Shown here: piece by piece, positions 34,714 to 44,612 of the stretch
How positions within the stretch are numbered: the first letter of the stretch is position 1
Layout of the letters: every line of letters begins with the position of its first letter
Sequence record: PP496444.1
Length of the DNA stretch: 64,000 nt
Direction: 5' to 3' (one strand)
Notes under the pieces: model-generated
Database searches by the model: none
What the model was told of the DNA's origin: nothing
What the model saw: the letters and a program-made list of their open reading frames with translations, nothing else
Made by a program: the position numbers and the translations under genes

Positions 34714-36664
34714 TAAGCAGGAAGGTTACAGCGCAGATAGTATTCGGGCGCTGTCCGGCCTAGAGATTATTGTCAACAACATTTCGATGTATGCGGGCTC
34801 CAGTGACTCGGACGCAATCTTTACGCTGTGCCGTGAACCCGGCGACAACTGCGTGGATGAGGCACTGGCCGGTCGGAACGATGAAGTCTTGTACAAGATT
34901 CATGGCAAGTGGAAAGGATCTGCCTATTACCCTGACCGCGTGATCGTGGTGGATAATGGTACAGGTATCCCTATCGAGAAGCCGAAGGGTGAGTCCCGTA
35001 CTGCACTGGAGATCGTGACCAGCCACATTCACGGCGGCGGCAAGTTCAAGGACGCAGGCGCTTACGATCAGTCCCGAGGCACGCATGGCGTTGGCATCAA
35101 GCTGACTAACGCCTTGTCCTCCCTGTTCCAAGTGTTCACCTTCCGTAATGGCGCGTGGTGGACTATCCGTTATGAGAACGCCAAGCTGGTAGCCAACACC
35201 CGTAAGGCAACCCCGGCGGAAATGAAGGACGTCTTCACGCAGTTCGGCTCGGTACGTAAGAAAGGTACCATTCTGGTGTTTACCCCGGAATACAGCCACT
35301 TCGACAAAGGCTCCAACCTGTCCATAGCCACGCTGCGCAACTGGTGTGAGCTAGGTGCTTATCTGAACTCCGGCGTGCGCTTCCAGATCGACTACAACAA
35401 GTCGGAAAAGTCCCACGAGGTACTTGAGTACTACCACAAGGACGGTCTGACGGCGTATATGGAACGCCGGTTGGTTGATCTCAAGTGCGAAGTAATGACA
35501 GACACCCCCATGTTGTACCGGGGCAAGCACGTCGACCTACTGCTCACTTTCACCGACGCCGAAGGGTGTAAGCTGGACAGCTACACCAACACGCTGTACA
35601 ACTCTGTCGGAGGTAACCACCAGCGGTCTTTGTTCACGTGGATTGCCGAAGCGCTGGAACCGTACGCAGGCAAGCACGACTTCCACAAGGACGACATCCG
35701 CGAAGGTGTTGTCGGCATGATCAACTTCAAGATCGATACGCCGAAGTTCTCCGGCCAGACCAAGGAGCGACTGTCCGACCCCCGCTTTGAAGAACTGTGC
35801 ACCGATGAAATCTTTGAAGCACTCCAAAAGTTCTTCAAGAAGAACAAGGAACTGGCCCAGCAACTCTGTGAGCGTGCAGCTCGACTTCGCAATCTCAAGG
35901 AACAGTTCAGCCTGACTAAGAAGGCAGCGGGTGCACTCAAGAAAATGCGCACTGGCTCCAACCTCCTGCCCGGTAAGCTGACTGAGGTGAAGGAATGCCC
36001 AGTAGCTGAACGTGAACTATTCACAGTGGAAGGTGACTCTGCTGCGGGTACTGCCAAGTCCGCCCGGATGAAGAGCCCGTATCGCTATCAGGAAACGCTG
36101 GCCCTCAAAGGTAAGATCCTGAACGTGATCAAGGAAGTCCAGAAAGGTAAGGGCGACGCCATCTGGGACTCCGTGGAAGTGCAGTGCATCTTGGTGTCCA
36201 TGGGCTACAAGCCGGAATCCAAAGATCCACTCAAGGACCTGCGCATCGGCAAGTTCATCATCATGGCAGACGCCGACGATGACGGTGCCCACATCGCTAT
36301 GCTACAGATTGCACTGATTGCCAAGTTCTTGCCCGCCATGTTCGACATGGGCATGGTGTACATTGCTGACCTGCCGAAGCGTATGGTGACGATCAAGGAG
36401 AAGGGTCGGGACAAGATGTACTTCGGCAACACGGTCGATGAAATCCAAAAGCAGATCCCTCATATCAAGAACCCACCTATCGTGTATCTGAAAGGGCTGG
36501 GTGAAATGAGTGAAAACGCATTGCGTGAGACAGCGTTCGATCCGTCTACCCGCAAGCTGATCAAGATCATGCCCGCATCCGCCAGTGAACTGCTCGACAT
36601 CGACCGACTCATGGGCGTAGATACAAGCGAGCGTAAGCGCTTGCTGGGCATCGAGTCGGAATAA
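34697..36664 (+). CDS. gyrB: Type IIA DNA topoisomerase subunit B (GyrB/ParE-like)
   Basis: EPGDNCVDE, DNGTGIP, HGGGKF, GTHGVG, EGDSA, LKGKILN, DADDDG, KGLGEM. Confidence 0.95.
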   Translation: MAKVNSKQEGYSADSIRALSGLEIIVNNISMYAGSSDSDAIFTLCREPGDNCVDEALAGRNDEVLYKIHGKWKGSAYYPDRVIVVDNGTGIPIEKPKGESRTALEIVTSHIHGGGKFKDAGAYDQSRGTHGVGIKLTNALSSLFQVFTFRNGAWWTIRYENAKLVANTRKATPAEMKDVFTQFGSVRKKGTILVFTPEYSHFDKGSNLSIATLRNWCELGAYLNSGVRFQIDYNKSEKSHEVLEYYHKDGLTAYMERRLVDLKCEVMTDTPMLYRGKHVDLLLTFTDAEGCKLDSYTNTLYNSVGGNHQRSLFTWIAEALEPYAGKHDFHKDDIREGVVGMINFKIDTPKFSGQTKERLSDPRFEELCTDEIFEALQKFFKKNKELAQQLCERAARLRNLKEQFSLTKKAAGALKKMRTGSNLLPGKLTEVKECPVAERELFTVEGDSAAGTAKSARMKSPYRYQETLALKGKILNVIKEVQKGKGDAIWDSVEVQCILVSMGYKPESKDPLKDLRIGKFIIMADADDDGAHIAMLQIALIAKFLPAMFDMGMVYIADLPKRMVTIKEKGRDKMYFGNTVDEIQKQIPHIKNPPIVYLKGLGEMSENALRETAFDPSTRKLIKIMPASASELLDIDRLMGVDTSERKRLLGIESE

Positions 36665-36749
36665 TCCGCCCCATTGCATACCCCGATCCGTTACGCCCCG
36701 CCTGGAGCGGTATACGCGGTCGGGTAAATGCTGGGTAGTGAGGTGAGTC

Positions 36750-36965
36750 ATGCGCAATACAATGATGAAGGCAATCAAGTGCACGACGTGCAAAGGTCAG
36801 GGCTTCACTGTGGATACGTCTCGGTCCAAAGGATCGATGGACGAACAGATCGACAAGTGCTACAAGTGCAAAGGCGAAAAAGTAGTAATCGTCAAGATCG
36901 TTGACCCGTCCCCGGAAGATCAAGTCAATCAGTACGCTGCCCTATACGAACAGGATAAGAAGTAA
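36750..36965 (+). CDS. Small DnaJ-type zinc-finger protein
   Basis: CTTCKGQG...CYKCKGEK. Confidence 0.65.
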   Translation: MRNTMMKAIKCTTCKGQGFTVDTSRSKGSMDEQIDKCYKCKGEKVVIVKIVDPSPEDQVNQYAALYEQDKK

Positions 36966-38473
36966 TGGCGAAGGTAATCAGCAAGACGAAACTGGCCAAG
37001 GCTAAGAGTGGTATTGCAGCGGACGTGAACATCCGGGAAGTGCCACTTCTGGAATGGTCCATCGATGCCTACATCGGCACGTACGCCACCATGACGTTGG
37101 CAGACCGAGCCATCCCGGACATGTACGATGGTCTGATGCCGTCCGAGCGTCGAGCCATCTGGGCTGCTCACGTAGTAGGCGCCACCCCGGACAAGAAGTT
37201 CATGAAGTCGGCCCGTGTGGTAGGTGACATGATCGGTAAGTTCCACCCGCATGGTGATACCTCAGCATACGGCACCGTGGTCAAGAGCGTGAAGCACGTG
37301 AGCAATCCGTACTTCCTCGGTCAAGGTAACTGGGGTACGTTTGAAGATCCGAAGGGTTTCGCAGCAATGCGATACACCGAGACGAAGTTGTCCAAATACG
37401 CCATGCAGGTGTTGCTGGACAGTGACTACCTAGCGGTCACTGAGATGATCCCCAACTATGACGGATCGCTGGAAGAACCCTTCATCCTGCCCGCACTGCT
37501 CCCCAACCTGTTGCTCAACGGTTCCTATGGGGTGGCAACGGGTGCCACCACCTACTGCCCGTCGTTTGAAGCGGAAGGTGTAATCACGCTGATCCAGAAG
37601 CTGTTGAAAGGTCGTAAGCTGAAAGCCCGCGACTGCATGGCTAACCTGGTGTTCGACAACCCGTATGGTGGTTACGCGGTCATCGACGAAGATGACGAAG
37701 AGAGTACTGAGGAACTGGTAGCCCTTTTTGAAGGGGGGCAAGGGCGAGTCTACTACTCTTGTGATTACGAGCTGTTGGAAGATGAGCATGCCGCGTATAT
37801 CCGAGGCTTCGTTCCCTACCAATCGATCCTCAAGGGTGTTGAGAAGATCGCGGAGGACGAACGAGTAGCCAGCATCATCGATGATTCAGATATCGATGAT
37901 AACGGTAAGGGGTTCATCGCCTACAAAATAATCTTCAAGCGCAGCGTCAGCAAGATGATGTTGCAGGAAGTGGCTGACGACGTTCTGAGTGTCTTCGACA
38001 AGATGCAGAACTTCAAGATGAACGTCAACGAACGTGCCTGGAACGAGTACGAAGGAAAGGCCGACTGTAAATTCGGGATGATGGGCGTCGTCGGTATCCT
38101 TGAGAAGTGGGTGGCATGGCGACTGGCGCTGGAGCAACGCTACCTCGAATACAAGACCGCCAAGCTGGAGCAACGCAACTGGTCGCTCAACACCCTGCTG
38201 CTGGCATGCAACGCGCTGGACATCATTGTAGCCGCCTTGAAGCGCGACGACACCGAAGCGTATCTGGCCAAGACGATGAAGATCACGCCGGAACAGGCAG
38301 AGTACATCCTTGACCGCCAAGTGCGCTCCCTGAAGAAGTTGAATCAGGACAAGATGAAGGCGGAACTCAAATCCAACCTGGACACCATCAAGCAGCACAA
38401 GGAATGGATCAAGACTCCAGAGATTCCTGTGGCGGCACAACTCAAAGACTTCGCCAAGCTGTTGGCAGAGTAA
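36965..38473 (+). CDS. gyrA: Type IIA DNA topoisomerase subunit A lacking the C-terminal pinwheel
   Basis: RAIPDMYDGL.P..RR, KSARVVG..IGKFHPHGD, AAMRYTE (catalytic Tyr), LLNGS.GVATG; ends at 502 aa. Confidence 0.93.
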   Translation: MAKVISKTKLAKAKSGIAADVNIREVPLLEWSIDAYIGTYATMTLADRAIPDMYDGLMPSERRAIWAAHVVGATPDKKFMKSARVVGDMIGKFHPHGDTSAYGTVVKSVKHVSNPYFLGQGNWGTFEDPKGFAAMRYTETKLSKYAMQVLLDSDYLAVTEMIPNYDGSLEEPFILPALLPNLLLNGSYGVATGATTYCPSFEAEGVITLIQKLLKGRKLKARDCMANLVFDNPYGGYAVIDEDDEESTEELVALFEGGQGRVYYSCDYELLEDEHAAYIRGFVPYQSILKGVEKIAEDERVASIIDDSDIDDNGKGFIAYKIIFKRSVSKMMLQEVADDVLSVFDKMQNFKMNVNERAWNEYEGKADCKFGMMGVVGILEKWVAWRLALEQRYLEYKTAKLEQRNWSLNTLLLACNALDIIVAALKRDDTEAYLAKTMKITPEQAEYILDRQVRSLKKLNQDKMKAELKSNLDTIKQHKEWIKTPEIPVAAQLKDFAKLLAE

Positions 38474-38500
38474 CCCAATCCGAAACATGAGGCACATCCC

Positions 38501-39193
38501 ATGGCGAGCACGCTGGGCATTAAAGAAGCACAAGACATACTGGGACTGAAACCGGGCGCCGACCTCGCTGCCGTGAAGCAAGCGGTGCGCAAGCTGTGCC
38601 AGAAGTTTCACCCGGACAAGGAAGGCGGTGATCCTGAAATGTTCCGGCGTGCACGGGAAGCAGGTGAAGTGCTGGAGGAAGTTCTCGTTGACCACGACAT
38701 CATCCCGGACGAAGAATACCTGGATGCACTCAACTACGTCATCACCATGATCGGCCAGCGGTACGTGGCGGCTGAGATGGCGGGGCAAAACGAGAAGCGA
38801 CGCCGTGCACTTCAGATGGACATGGACGTGTTCAGCTTCGCGAGTCTCGTGCAGGCAGCATCCGACCTTTCCCGGCCACCGAGTGCAGAATCGTTTGTGC
38901 TCAACGCGCTGGAGCAGGAGATCCTTGCCAACATCGACGAGTTCCGAACCTCTATTGACCGCCACTCCGTTCAAGGTGCCGGGCTGCGTATGCTGGCCCG
39001 GAACATGAAGGCACCCAAGCTGGCGTACTCCGTGTGGCAAGATGCACGGGACTCGCTGGCGCAGGCCATCCGCCAACAGCGCAACAACATCCGCATGGCT
39101 AAGCTGCGCCTGAAAGCGATGGAAGAGTTTGAAGCCATCCAGTTAAAGCGTAAGCAGGAAGCCATTCGTCTGGCTCACGGGGTGCGTTCATGA
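38501..39193 (+). CDS. J-domain (DnaJ-like) protein
   Basis: ILGLKPGA....K.AVRKL..KFHPDKEGGD. Confidence 0.85.
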   Translation: MASTLGIKEAQDILGLKPGADLAAVKQAVRKLCQKFHPDKEGGDPEMFRRAREAGEVLEEVLVDHDIIPDEEYLDALNYVITMIGQRYVAAEMAGQNEKRRRALQMDMDVFSFASLVQAASDLSRPPSAESFVLNALEQEILANIDEFRTSIDRHSVQGAGLRMLARNMKAPKLAYSVWQDARDSLAQAIRQQRNNIRMAKLRLKAMEEFEAIQLKRKQEAIRLAHGVRS

Positions 39194-39801
39194 TCTCGGA
39201 ACAAATGCTGTACTGGTTGAAGAGAGCCGCCCCGTGGAAGCCAATACTGATTGTGGACATCGACGGCGTGGTCTTGAACAACGAACATCGCCTGCATCAC
39301 ATCGTGCACACGGTGGATGGCGTTCAGGTGAATCGCACCGATGCAGACTGGGTATCCTTTCACGCCAACGGTCATCTGGATACACCGGGGGCGGCAGCGG
39401 CATTCATTGAGGCGGCGTCCAACGCTTTCACTCCGGTCTTCGTTACGGCACGCGTGGCCTTCGGTGAGCAGCGTAAGCATGTGCACGATATGCTGGCAAA
39501 GACACTGCCCAAGGTAAAGGACTTCAACTGGCGCAGGGGTTGCCCGTCGAAAGATGAGATCTTCCCGTTGTTCATGCGGGCACCCAACGAGAACTGGGAG
39601 GCCAACAAGGTGAACGGCGGTGACGCCATCGTCCATCACTCTGAATACAAGCGGGTGGCTATCCATTGGCTCCGGGCTCAAGGGATCAACCCCATGGCCG
39701 GTCTGGATGACTCACTGACCATTTGCAAGATGTTCGCGGAGGAAGGCCTCCTGAGCTTGCGGGTGCACAACCACGTAGCAGACGCGGCGCTGATGCGCTG
39801 A
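39190..39801 (+). CDS. HAD-superfamily phosphatase (PNK 3'-phosphatase-like)
   Basis: IVDIDGV, FVTAR, LDD motifs. Confidence 0.75.
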   Translation: MISEQMLYWLKRAAPWKPILIVDIDGVVLNNEHRLHHIVHTVDGVQVNRTDADWVSFHANGHLDTPGAAAAFIEAASNAFTPVFVTARVAFGEQRKHVHDMLAKTLPKVKDFNWRRGCPSKDEIFPLFMRAPNENWEANKVNGGDAIVHHSEYKRVAIHWLRAQGINPMAGLDDSLTICKMFAEEGLLSLRVHNHVADAALMR

Positions 39802-39811
39802 GGAGAAGAGC

Positions 39812-40192
39812 ATGAAGACTGAAAAAGAAATGCAGCGCGCCAAGGTTTCCCAATCGATGGCCGCGCTTCTTAACGATGCCGTCGGCGGATCGATTGGTCC
39901 TTCGTTGCGTGACCTGGGTAATGCGGTCATGGGTAAACCTGACGCGGCTTACGAAGGTGGTATGTCCGCCGCCATGCGACAGGAGAAAGAGTCGCTGGAA
40001 AAGATGGGTGAGAACTATCTTACCATGATGAGCAAACCGAAACACAAGCGAAAGGTGATGAACCGAGCGATCAAGCAGGTCAACGACATCGTCTCCAAGC
40101 ACGGCCTGAATCCAAAAGTGCTGGCGCCGGTCCGCTTCGTGTCGTCCAAGAAGGACGTGTTCAAACTGGCGAAGGTCAAACCTAGCCGCTAA
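39812..40192 (+). CDS. Hypothetical basic protein
   Basis: 126-aa ORF with GAGGAG RBS. Confidence 0.65.
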   Translation: MKTEKEMQRAKVSQSMAALLNDAVGGSIGPSLRDLGNAVMGKPDAAYEGGMSAAMRQEKESLEKMGENYLTMMSKPKHKRKVMNRAIKQVNDIVSKHGLNPKVLAPVRFVSSKKDVFKLAKVKPSR

Positions 40193-40206
40193 CTGAGGTG
40201 ACACCC

Positions 40207-40347
40207 ATGCAACACTATCCAGTGTATCCGTATCACTCTGCACAGGCCGTTGACTTCCGTAAGACTTTCGCAGAAGCCCGTGCTGCTGGACTCTCAGAGT
40301 TCACGTGGGAAGGCAGACGCTACAACACCAAACTCGCAGGTGAGTAA
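40207..40347 (+). CDS. Small protein (46 aa) with F..AR..G...F.W.G..Y.T motif
   Basis: Manual translation MQHYPVYPYHSAQAVDFRKTFAEARAAGLSEFTWEGRRYNTKLAGE; GAGGTG RBS. Confidence 0.6.
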   Translation: MQHYPVYPYHSAQAVDFRKTFAEARAAGLSEFTWEGRRYNTKLAGE

Positions 40348-40385
40348 ACCCAATGCCCGGCCTAACCGTCGGGCATTGTCGCCTG

Positions 40386-40415
40386 TTGACAGCCCGCTTC
40401 GGTATGTGGCATACT
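40386..40415 (+). promoter_or_regulatory. Sigma70-type promoter with extended -10
   Basis: TTGACA, 18 nt ending TGG, CATACT. Confidence 0.6.
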
Positions 40416-40485
40416 GGCACCATGGGGCTACCATGGCCCCGGAAACGCTGGATCGACTCACCACTACCCCAAGAGGAATGCACCA

Positions 40486-40917
40486 ATGGCAAAGCCCGTA
40501 CCCACCCTGTTCATGAAGGCCCCTTTTGAAATCATCTGGGGCAAACCGGAAGCTGACCACGAACTGCCGGGCTCTCCGTTTGACGGCATCAACGTCAAAG
40601 GCAATGACTACGCTTCCACCGCGTCCAATCTGCTGGAGCTGCATACGATGGTCGAAGACTGGGCCTTCATCCGGTTCACCGTGTTCGGCTTTGAACTTAC
40701 TCTGGACCAGATGCTGATGCTTAGCTGGTGGGAGAGCAAACGTCCTGAGCATTGGTCGTTGGCAGAGCACGCTGACAACCCACGGATCAACACCATGTCT
40801 GCCCGTGAAGCCACGCTCGCGACTCGCTGCGGCCAGATTCTTAGGGTTGCGCTGGGCAACATGCAAGGTGTGGTACTGGATGCCGAATCGGTGCCGTACA
40901 AGAATTTCAACAACTGA
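40486..40917 (+). CDS. Hypothetical protein
   Basis: 143 aa, GAGGA RBS. Confidence 0.7.
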   Translation: MAKPVPTLFMKAPFEIIWGKPEADHELPGSPFDGINVKGNDYASTASNLLELHTMVEDWAFIRFTVFGFELTLDQMLMLSWWESKRPEHWSLAEHADNPRINTMSAREATLATRCGQILRVALGNMQGVVLDAESVPYKNFNN

Positions 40918-40971
40918 TCAACTGCGGACCTTTCAGGGTCCGTTCACTTCTGTCCCAAAGAGGAATGCAAC

Positions 40972-41316
40972 ATGAGCCGTGCACCGGTCCGCAACAAGGT
41001 CTACACTTATGGCGAAATCATCGACGATCTGTTCCTGCGTGACACACCGTGTCTGATGGTGTACGTCGGTGATGGCAGTAGCCCGATCAAGAGCTACTTC
41101 CCCGTCAACTATGAAGGCACCTACGAAGAGATGCGTAAGCTGCCGGGCTGGGAAGACAGCCGCTGGACGTTCACTCGTGAGACCAGCGAATGGATTCCAG
41201 TCTTCCACTGGGACAACGATCAAGGTAGTCCGCTGCAACTGGTGCAAGTGAACCGCAGCGAGTACTTCGATCTTGAGCACACGTCGATGGATCGTCTTAT
41301 CGTAACCCCGAAATAG
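40972..41316 (+). CDS. Hypothetical protein
   Basis: 114 aa, GAGGA RBS. Confidence 0.7.
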   Translation: MSRAPVRNKVYTYGEIIDDLFLRDTPCLMVYVGDGSSPIKSYFPVNYEGTYEEMRKLPGWEDSRWTFTRETSEWIPVFHWDNDQGSPLQLVQVNRSEYFDLEHTSMDRLIVTPK

Positions 41317-41326
41317 GTGGCTTGAC

Positions 41327-41788
41327 ATGATTCAGATGACACGTGACATCGACTTCTCCCTTCCGTACTCAAGCACCAACAAGGTGCTGTTCAAACTGAA
41401 CATCGGCAATATCAAGAACGGCGAGCGCATGGTGGGGTTTGAAGGGTGCCTAACTCTGACTATCGAATCCGTTGATCTGACTAAGGATTTGATCAGGCTT
41501 CTTGCAGCCGCGTCCAACCTAGAACTCCCTACCGTTGAATGGGCGGGACTTGACTACCTGATCGAGCGCGTCCAGCGGAAGTATGACTACGCTGTGATCG
41601 AGAACAGCTTCTCTCGGTCTATCACTGGATCAGACAGCAAGGGATTAGGCATCCGCCGTAATAAGCAGGTGTCTGGTAACCGCGAGTACACCCTGAAAGA
41701 GTGGACCGCGTGCTTCCTCCGGGGCCAAGGTGCCTATCCTGAGTACGAGCGGGAGTTCTTGTCGAGTCCCTGCCCACCCCACTTCTGA
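41327..41788 (+). CDS. Hypothetical protein
   Basis: 153-aa ORF in an operon. Confidence 0.6.
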   Translation: MIQMTRDIDFSLPYSSTNKVLFKLNIGNIKNGERMVGFEGCLTLTIESVDLTKDLIRLLAAASNLELPTVEWAGLDYLIERVQRKYDYAVIENSFSRSITGSDSKGLGIRRNKQVSGNREYTLKEWTACFLRGQGAYPEYEREFLSSPCPPHF

Positions 41789-41840
41789 CATCAGCGCTGG
41801 AGAGGTTCGGCCAAGTAATTCCGATCACGAAAAATAAAGT

Positions 41841-41869
41841 TTGACAAGCGAAACGGGCTCTGTCATAAT
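41841..41869 (+). promoter_or_regulatory. Strong sigma70-type promoter with A-rich UP element
   Basis: AAAAATAAAGT, TTGACA, 17 nt, CATAAT. Confidence 0.8.
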
Positions 41870-41922
41870 GTATGTGCCGCTGCGCTATGGCGGCACACTA
41901 CCCGAAGTTGAAAGGAACCGAG

Positions 41923-42825
41923 ATGACCAAAACATTTGCGCTGGCTCCTATGGAGAAAGCAAACTTGATCCAAGACGCTGAGTTCGCCGCGTCTGCTGTC
42001 AAGGAACTGCTGGCCCTATTGCTGCAAGCCACTACCGAGATGAAGAAAGAGCACGAAGACCCAATGTCTGCGGCCAAAGCTCGGTGTGATGAGTTGAATA
42101 AGACGGTGACCAAGATTGTGTCATCGCACAACGCCAAGAACCCTGAATTCATGTTGGCTATCGAGGCTTCGACCCGTGTGACCAACCATACCGTCTCAAT
42201 CATGGACTTGACCAAGCGTCGAGGATTGAGAGTCGGTAAACCCTATCTCCTAAGCTACAAGAAAGAGCTGGCCGACAAGCTGCTCCAACTCGTAGACTTT
42301 CATCAGTTCTCAAAAGGACTGCCCGTAAAAGGGACGAAAGACGCCTTGTCTGATACCGTGGTAGCACTCGCCGCCGATGCCGACAGCATCGATGCAAAGG
42401 TGAAGGCTAGCTCGGACAACTCCAAGAACCCCGTGTTCATGATGGAGATGAATATCGTCCCGCCGTTCAACTACTTCTACGTACAACCCCGCAAGTTCCT
42501 GCTGCACAAGCTCGCCTTCGACCGCATCGGCAAAGGTGACAACAGCGACTTCATCGTGTTGAAGAATCAAAAGGTTCTGGTGGTGGACAACGTCGCCGCC
42601 GAGAACTATAACATGGAGCCGCTGGAACTGGCCGCTACTCTGATCGAAGCCATCAATCTGAAACGCCCCGCTGGCACATCAGAGCTGGCGATGGTGATGG
42701 AAGAACATGCGTCGCTCAAAGGCAGTTCTGGTTACACGTTCTACTGGGTGGTTCCTCTGCCCACGCTTCACGTGCTGCAACCCATCATCGGCCAAGGTAC
42801 CCTCGCTTGGGGCTTGGCAGTCTAA
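41923..42825 (+). CDS. Hypothetical protein
   Basis: Start ATG 41923 (AAAGGA RBS); 300 aa. Confidence 0.7.
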   Translation: MTKTFALAPMEKANLIQDAEFAASAVKELLALLLQATTEMKKEHEDPMSAAKARCDELNKTVTKIVSSHNAKNPEFMLAIEASTRVTNHTVSIMDLTKRRGLRVGKPYLLSYKKELADKLLQLVDFHQFSKGLPVKGTKDALSDTVVALAADADSIDAKVKASSDNSKNPVFMMEMNIVPPFNYFYVQPRKFLLHKLAFDRIGKGDNSDFIVLKNQKVLVVDNVAAENYNMEPLELAATLIEAINLKRPAGTSELAMVMEEHASLKGSSGYTFYWVVPLPTLHVLQPIIGQGTLAWGLAV

Positions 42826-42855
42826 TCCGTTCACCCACCATAAAGAGTAATTGAA

Positions 42856-43161
42856 ATGGCAAAAGGTAAAACCCCGCTGTATCTGAGCTACATTGACACC
42901 ATCAATGGTCTGCTCGAATCCATCAAGTTCTCCGCAGAACTGCCGGTGCACAAGAAGTCCATCGACCGCTCGGGCCGTAACGTCGAGTGGTTGCGCAAGG
43001 GGATCAAACGTGGTAAGCTGACCATCCCCGGCGTCGATACCGGCAACGAGTTCTGGAAGCTGGCTCAACTGCTCGAGGTGGAAGCACCGGCATACGGCAC
43101 CGAGATTGTTCTCCCGGAGAATGCGGTGACCAAGACGATCGACAAGTATGAAACCTGCTAA
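42856..43161 (+). CDS. Hypothetical protein
   Basis: 101-aa ORF. Confidence 0.6.
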   Translation: MAKGKTPLYLSYIDTINGLLESIKFSAELPVHKKSIDRSGRNVEWLRKGIKRGKLTIPGVDTGNEFWKLAQLLEVEAPAYGTEIVLPENAVTKTIDKYETC

Positions 43162-43639
43162 CCTCAAAGCTCTTGGGATCGACACCAAACCCGGAGCGAT
43201 GAACATTCCTGACGGAAGGTGCTGGGTGTGCCCGGCGGTAGCGGGGCTGGAAGACCATCACATCATCCCACGACACTGTGGGGGCGAGGATGGGCCACAA
43301 GTCAGATTGTGCGGTGTGTGCCATACGGCGATCCACAATCTGGCCAACAACAAGAAAGTGCTGGCGCAAGAGATTGAACCGCTGGAGATCCATGAGTACA
43401 ACAAGGCTTGGTCCGATGCGCTGATGCTGCGCAAAGGTCATGCACTGGCGTACGTCATTGCGAAGTCCAACAAGGTGACGAAGGGTGATGCCAACCGAAA
43501 GGTGAAGTTCGCCACCACGTTCGACGGACCTACCAGCCGACAACTGAAACAACTCAAGAAGAGCATGGGCTGCACTAGCCTAGACCAGACCATTGTTGCA
43601 CTGATAAAACAGGCCCACGGGCGACTGTTTAGGGGATAG
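43148..43639 (+). CDS. HNH endonuclease-domain protein with a possible C-terminal ribbon-helix-helix domain
   Basis: CWVC...EDHHIIP...GG......LCGVCH..IH; C-terminal VKFATTFD..TSRQLKQLKK....SLDQTIVALI. Confidence 0.7.
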   Translation: MKPANLKALGIDTKPGAMNIPDGRCWVCPAVAGLEDHHIIPRHCGGEDGPQVRLCGVCHTAIHNLANNKKVLAQEIEPLEIHEYNKAWSDALMLRKGHALAYVIAKSNKVTKGDANRKVKFATTFDGPTSRQLKQLKKSMGCTSLDQTIVALIKQAHGRLFRG

Positions 43640-43641
43640 AG

Positions 43642-44565
43642 ATGACCAAAAGTACCGCAGCTAACCAGAAACAAGTGAAAGAAGTAGTTAGCTCACCGAA
43701 GCCGTTCAACACAAAGCTAGAGCTGTATGTAGAAGATCATTTGTATTTCGACACGAAGAAACCGTCGATCAAGGCGTCTTTCTCCGAGCTGGGGTTGCAG
43801 CCATTCGCTAAGGCACCGTCCAAGGGGTTCATCCCCAATCTGTCTAAGCTGGCACGTTCCACCAATGGTCCCGAACTGTTCCAACACCTCGGTTCCCTTA
43901 CTCAGAACCTAGACGCCAGCCAACTCCGGCTGCTGTCCGTGGTGTTCAACAACATGGCGAAGATGGAAGCCCATGGCTTGACGTTCGGCCAGAAGGTGTA
44001 CGTCAACGTTTCAAGTCCGCGCATCGAGTTCATCGAGTGTTATGCCGAGGCCATTGTCATTGGCGTCGAGTCGGAACATCCAGAGTCCCCGGTGTTCCTG
44101 AGCGTAGCCTTCGACAAGATGGCGGCAGATGCTCCAATGTGTTGGTCGATGCCCACCAGTTCGTTCCTGACAGAGCGTCAGTTCCGGCTGCTGCGCAAGA
44201 GGCTGCGTGCGGAAGGCAAGACCAATGTACCGGACAAGATCCGCAAGGAACACTTGTGCTGGGAACGTGAGAACTTCGGTAAGCCGTCGAACCGGCTGTC
44301 CGTTGATGAGACCGTTCAAACCATCGATACCGTCTCGGAGGATTGGCTGAACAGCAACGTCCTCTCCCTGCTCGATCCGTACGTGGACCCGGCAGCACTG
44401 GAAGAGACCGAAGTGGCCGATGTCGAAGTGGTTGAAGAGAAGAAGACACGTACCCGTGGCCCACGGAACCGTCGAGCAGAAGATAAGCAGACGCTAAGCC
44501 AAACTAAGGTCAAGTCGTCTGGTTCAGTGAAGATGAATAACAACAGCATCTCCATCAATCACTGA
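43642..44565 (+). CDS. Hypothetical protein
   Basis: 307-aa ORF in an operon. Confidence 0.7.
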   Translation: MTKSTAANQKQVKEVVSSPKPFNTKLELYVEDHLYFDTKKPSIKASFSELGLQPFAKAPSKGFIPNLSKLARSTNGPELFQHLGSLTQNLDASQLRLLSVVFNNMAKMEAHGLTFGQKVYVNVSSPRIEFIECYAEAIVIGVESEHPESPVFLSVAFDKMAADAPMCWSMPTSSFLTERQFRLLRKRLRAEGKTNVPDKIRKEHLCWERENFGKPSNRLSVDETVQTIDTVSEDWLNSNVLSLLDPYVDPAALEETEVADVEVVEEKKTRTRGPRNRRAEDKQTLSQTKVKSSGSVKMNNNSISINH

Positions 44566-44612
44566 TACTGATCCGCTACATACCTTCAGTTTACTAACCG
44601 AGACTCTGATAC

